Part shown: positions 61,249-64,000 of the stretch, piece by piece
Layout: each line of letters starts with the position of its first letter
Position numbering within the stretch: the first letter of the stretch is position 1
From: a virus
Virus record (IMG/VR): IMGVR_UViG_3300027777_000028
Location: 1-64,000 of that record
Reading direction: 5' to 3' (one strand)
Length of the DNA: 64,000 nucleotides
Position numbers and translations under genes: made by a program
Notes under the pieces: generated by a model
Seen by the model: only the letters and a program-made list of their open reading frames with translations
What the model was told of the DNA's origin: nothing
Databases searched by the model: none

Positions 61249-63434
61249 TGAGTATATCAATTTATAATTTAAACGTAACGGGAGATTGTAGTAATACAAA
61301 TTCAGGTAGTGTATTTTTTAACATTACAGGAACAACACCCCCGTTTGCAGTTACCTGTATTACCTCTGGTTGTCCATTACCAACATCAGCAGCCACATTA
61401 AGTTATTCGGCATCAAGTTTATCAGCAGACACTTATTTTTTACAAATTATTGATGGGGCTTCTAACTCTTATTTACAATCAATTTACATATCATCAGGAA
61501 CAACCGCCACGATTGATTCATTAAATACAAGTTGTGGTTTAGAAAACGGAGAGATTACAGGATTTACTTCGGGTGTTTATGGTATTGCAACATTTACACT
61601 TTATGATGGGGATGATAATTATGTGAGTTCTGCCACAACACCAAACTCAAATTATGTATTTACAAGTTTATCGGCAGGAACATATTATATTGTTGCTAAT
61701 GACGGAGGTGGTTGCACAGGAATTACCGCATCTGTCATTTTAACCCCATCAACGGGACTTACATTTGGGGCATATGTTGTAAATGACGGAAGTTGTATAG
61801 GAACTCCAAGTGGAAAAATATTTATAACGGGATTAACACTTCCTGTTTCAGCATATACAATAACTTGGTCTCCAAATGTCGGATCACAAACAGGAACAAC
61901 AATTACAGGATTAACAAGTGGTGTTTATTTGGCGACCATAACAGATCCTAATAATTGCACGACAACAAATTCATTTACCGTAAACTCTGTTGGAGCATTA
62001 ACTTCAGCAGGTTTTATAACAATATCTCAACCAACTTGTTTTTCTAATAATGGGTCAGTTGAGTTTATAATAACAGGGGGGACTGCTCCATATTTTTTTA
62101 GTGGATCATCAGGTCAAGTTGAAATTACTTTTAATGACTCGGTTATTTTTACGGGACTTTCTTCTGGTGGTTATAGTTTTTTAGTCACAGATGCAGGTCT
62201 TTGTACAATTTATGATTCGGTTTCTTTATTAACACCAAACTCGTTTAGTACCGTTGCTGTTAATACAACACCATCAACTTGTTCTGTAAATGACGGAACA
62301 ATACAAGTAATAGTTGATAATGGTTTTGCCACAGAACCAAGTTTATTAATATCAGTGTCTGGTACATCAGGAACACAACAAATTGGAACATTAGGAAACC
62401 CAAGTCAAACATTTTATGGATTACCAAACGGAACTTATTTGGTTATTGTTGAAACGGCAGGTTGTACATACACTGCAACAACAAATATAACGTCTATTAG
62501 TTTATATACCGTAAGCGCAACAACAACAGGAACTACTTGTGGGTCAAGTAATGGTGTGTTACAAGTTTTAGTGTCCACTGGTGGAACATTACCTTATTTA
62601 TTCACATTAGTTGGACCTTCTTACGCTCCTGTATCAACAACAACACCTGTAGGAACATTTACAAACCTTAGTTATGGGAATTATGTTCTTACGGTACAAG
62701 ATTCAGGATCTCCTTCGTGTATTCAAACATTTCCTGTTTATATTAGTTATAGTCAAAATGTGTTTTTCAATCTTTATCCCAATCAACCATTCAACGGAAA
62801 TGACGGGTCAATAACCACAATTATTACATCAGGTGAACCTCCATTTACTTTAACGTGGTCTGGTAATGTTTCAGGACAAACAGGGTCTACAATAACAGGT
62901 TTAACATCAGGATCTTATTCATTAACCGTAACAGATTCTAGTGGGTGTACGTTAACAAAAACCATAAAGTTATCGGGAACAAAAAAATATAGTAATTACA
63001 GATATTATAATATTTGTGAAAACACATTTGAAGATAGTGGAACAATTACCAAAAGAGATATTAGATCTATGTATTTGGAAGGATTTTCGGATCTTACAAG
63101 TGGAGATACTAATTGTATAATAAATGACGCGACATTTTCAATATATGCTCAAATCGGATCTCAATCTGCTCAAACTCAGTTTTTTGTTTCAACAGGATCA
63201 ACCGATTATCCAAGTGATTCACTTTGGGCACAAACAATTACAAACACATTAGATTCGTTTTTAGGTATATCAGGAACAACGGTTGATATTATATCAAATA
63301 GAATTACGGTTAAAACAACATGCGAAGACATACCAAAAGGATGTATAATTGAACCAATAAATCCATTACAAGATAATCAAATAATTGTAAATCTAATTAT
63401 TGATTACGACATATCTTGTGTTTCGTGTTCTTAA
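61248..63434 (+). CDS. SprB-repeat-like Ig/adhesin virion protein
   Basis: About 7 repeats of C..NxG.I....GG..PY...W.....TGLxxGxYxxxVTDxxGC. Confidence 0.7.
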   Translation: MSISIYNLNVTGDCSNTNSGSVFFNITGTTPPFAVTCITSGCPLPTSAATLSYSASSLSADTYFLQIIDGASNSYLQSIYISSGTTATIDSLNTSCGLENGEITGFTSGVYGIATFTLYDGDDNYVSSATTPNSNYVFTSLSAGTYYIVANDGGGCTGITASVILTPSTGLTFGAYVVNDGSCIGTPSGKIFITGLTLPVSAYTITWSPNVGSQTGTTITGLTSGVYLATITDPNNCTTTNSFTVNSVGALTSAGFITISQPTCFSNNGSVEFIITGGTAPYFFSGSSGQVEITFNDSVIFTGLSSGGYSFLVTDAGLCTIYDSVSLLTPNSFSTVAVNTTPSTCSVNDGTIQVIVDNGFATEPSLLISVSGTSGTQQIGTLGNPSQTFYGLPNGTYLVIVETAGCTYTATTNITSISLYTVSATTTGTTCGSSNGVLQVLVSTGGTLPYLFTLVGPSYAPVSTTTPVGTFTNLSYGNYVLTVQDSGSPSCIQTFPVYISYSQNVFFNLYPNQPFNGNDGSITTIITSGEPPFTLTWSGNVSGQTGSTITGLTSGSYSLTVTDSSGCTLTKTIKLSGTKKYSNYRYYNICENTFEDSGTITKRDIRSMYLEGFSDLTSGDTNCIINDATFSIYAQIGSQSAQTQFFVSTGSTDYPSDSLWAQTITNTLDSFLGISGTTVDIISNRITVKTTCEDIPKGCIIEPINPLQDNQIIVNLIIDYDISCVSCS

Positions 63435-63437
63435 GTT

Positions 63438-63662
63438 ATGGCAAATCAAGTAACCATATATACCATTTCAGGTTTAACAACCCCATTTAGTGGATATTGT
63501 TGTGATGTATATGGAAATCAATGTTCTTATATTGGAATAATTAGTAGTTTACCAACAACAATAACATTACCAATTCAATTCAACACAGCCCCTGCGATAG
63601 GATTAAAACTAATCAAAGATAATGGATGTGAAAGAATAGAAACAATTAACTGCACCTCATAA
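63438..63662 (+). CDS. Small Cys-containing putative virion protein
   Basis: 74 aa at the end of the structural operon; ends IKDNGC, similar to the preceding repeats. Confidence 0.55.
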   Translation: MANQVTIYTISGLTTPFSGYCCDVYGNQCSYIGIISSLPTTITLPIQFNTAPAIGLKLIKDNGCERIETINCTS

Positions 63663-63696
63663 TACACTTGTTTTAAGTTTTTCATATAATTAAAAT

Positions 63697-64000
63697 ATGA
63701 AAGAAATTTTATTTGTTTCGGCACAACCTGACGTTCCTTATTTCATTTGGCAAATTAAATTATACGTTAACAATTTTATTGAAAACGGAATCGACCCAAG
63801 TCAAATTCACGTTGTGTTAGGACTTGTTCAAGGAAAAACAAAACCATCAAAAGAATCTGAAGAGTTAAAAAACTTAAATATAAATATTCATTATTTTGTT
63901 GACGAAAGAATAAAAAAACATTACATCCCGTCAATAAAACCATATTTAATTTCAAAATGGATTCAATCAAATACAAAGTTTGGTGAATTATTCTTCTTAC
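63697..64000 (+). CDS. Putative glycosyltransferase (HPAT/SGT-like N-terminus), 3'-truncated and missing from the ORF track
   Basis: ATG at 63697, open to the window end: MKEILFVSAQPDVPYFIWQ...HYIPSIKPYLISKW...LFFL, resembling YxxWQ and YxxxNKP motifs. The DxD motif would lie just beyond the edge. Confidence 0.45.
   Translation, partial: MKEILFVSAQPDVPYFIWQIKLYVNNFIENGIDPSQIHVVLGLVQGKTKPSKESEELKNLNINIHYFVDERIKKHYIPSIKPYLISKWIQSNTKFGELFFL

Noticed and set aside
1-64000. Stop-codon reassignment, as seen in some large phages
   Set aside because: Core genes are full-length in the standard code, and TAG ends genes at natural C-termini (polB, nrdJ after CEIV, gp6).

Overview
This AT-rich, gene-dense 64 kb window looks like part of an uncultured large (jumbo-type) myovirus with T4-like gene content, read in the standard genetic code. 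The host is probably Bacteroidota, an inference from A-rich leaders without Shine-Dalgarno sites and from SprB-like repeats. Structural genes include neck gp13/14/15-like proteins, tail sheath and tube, a gp26-like chaperone, tape measure, baseplate hub and wedge proteins, and fibre/adhesin proteins. Replication and recombination genes include PolB, an SNF2 helicase, gp32 SSB, RecA/UvsX, a 5'-3' exonuclease, a DnaB/gp41 helicase and class II RNR NrdJ. Five things stand out. (1) A theta-class (LCIB/LCIC) carbonic anhydrase fused to a virion-type N-terminal module sits among the fibre genes. (2) A zincin / Mn-type SOD / nuclease-like polyprotein has Glu-rich [ILV]-x-E linkers, and other enzymes carry similar leaders, suggesting capsid-packaged, protease-matured cargo. 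(3) A candidate +1 frameshift at UUU_CGG joins the gp26-like chaperone to an unannotated gp51-like frame before the tape measure gene. (4) Possible parts of a virion O-glycosylation system are present: pervasive [ST]-G-x-T motifs, Pro-Thr repeats, a 2OG-Fe(II) oxygenase and an HPAT-like glycosyltransferase. (5) A strand-oriented TATTTAT motif lies upstream of 16 genes. All family calls come from recognising motifs by eye; no database searches were run.
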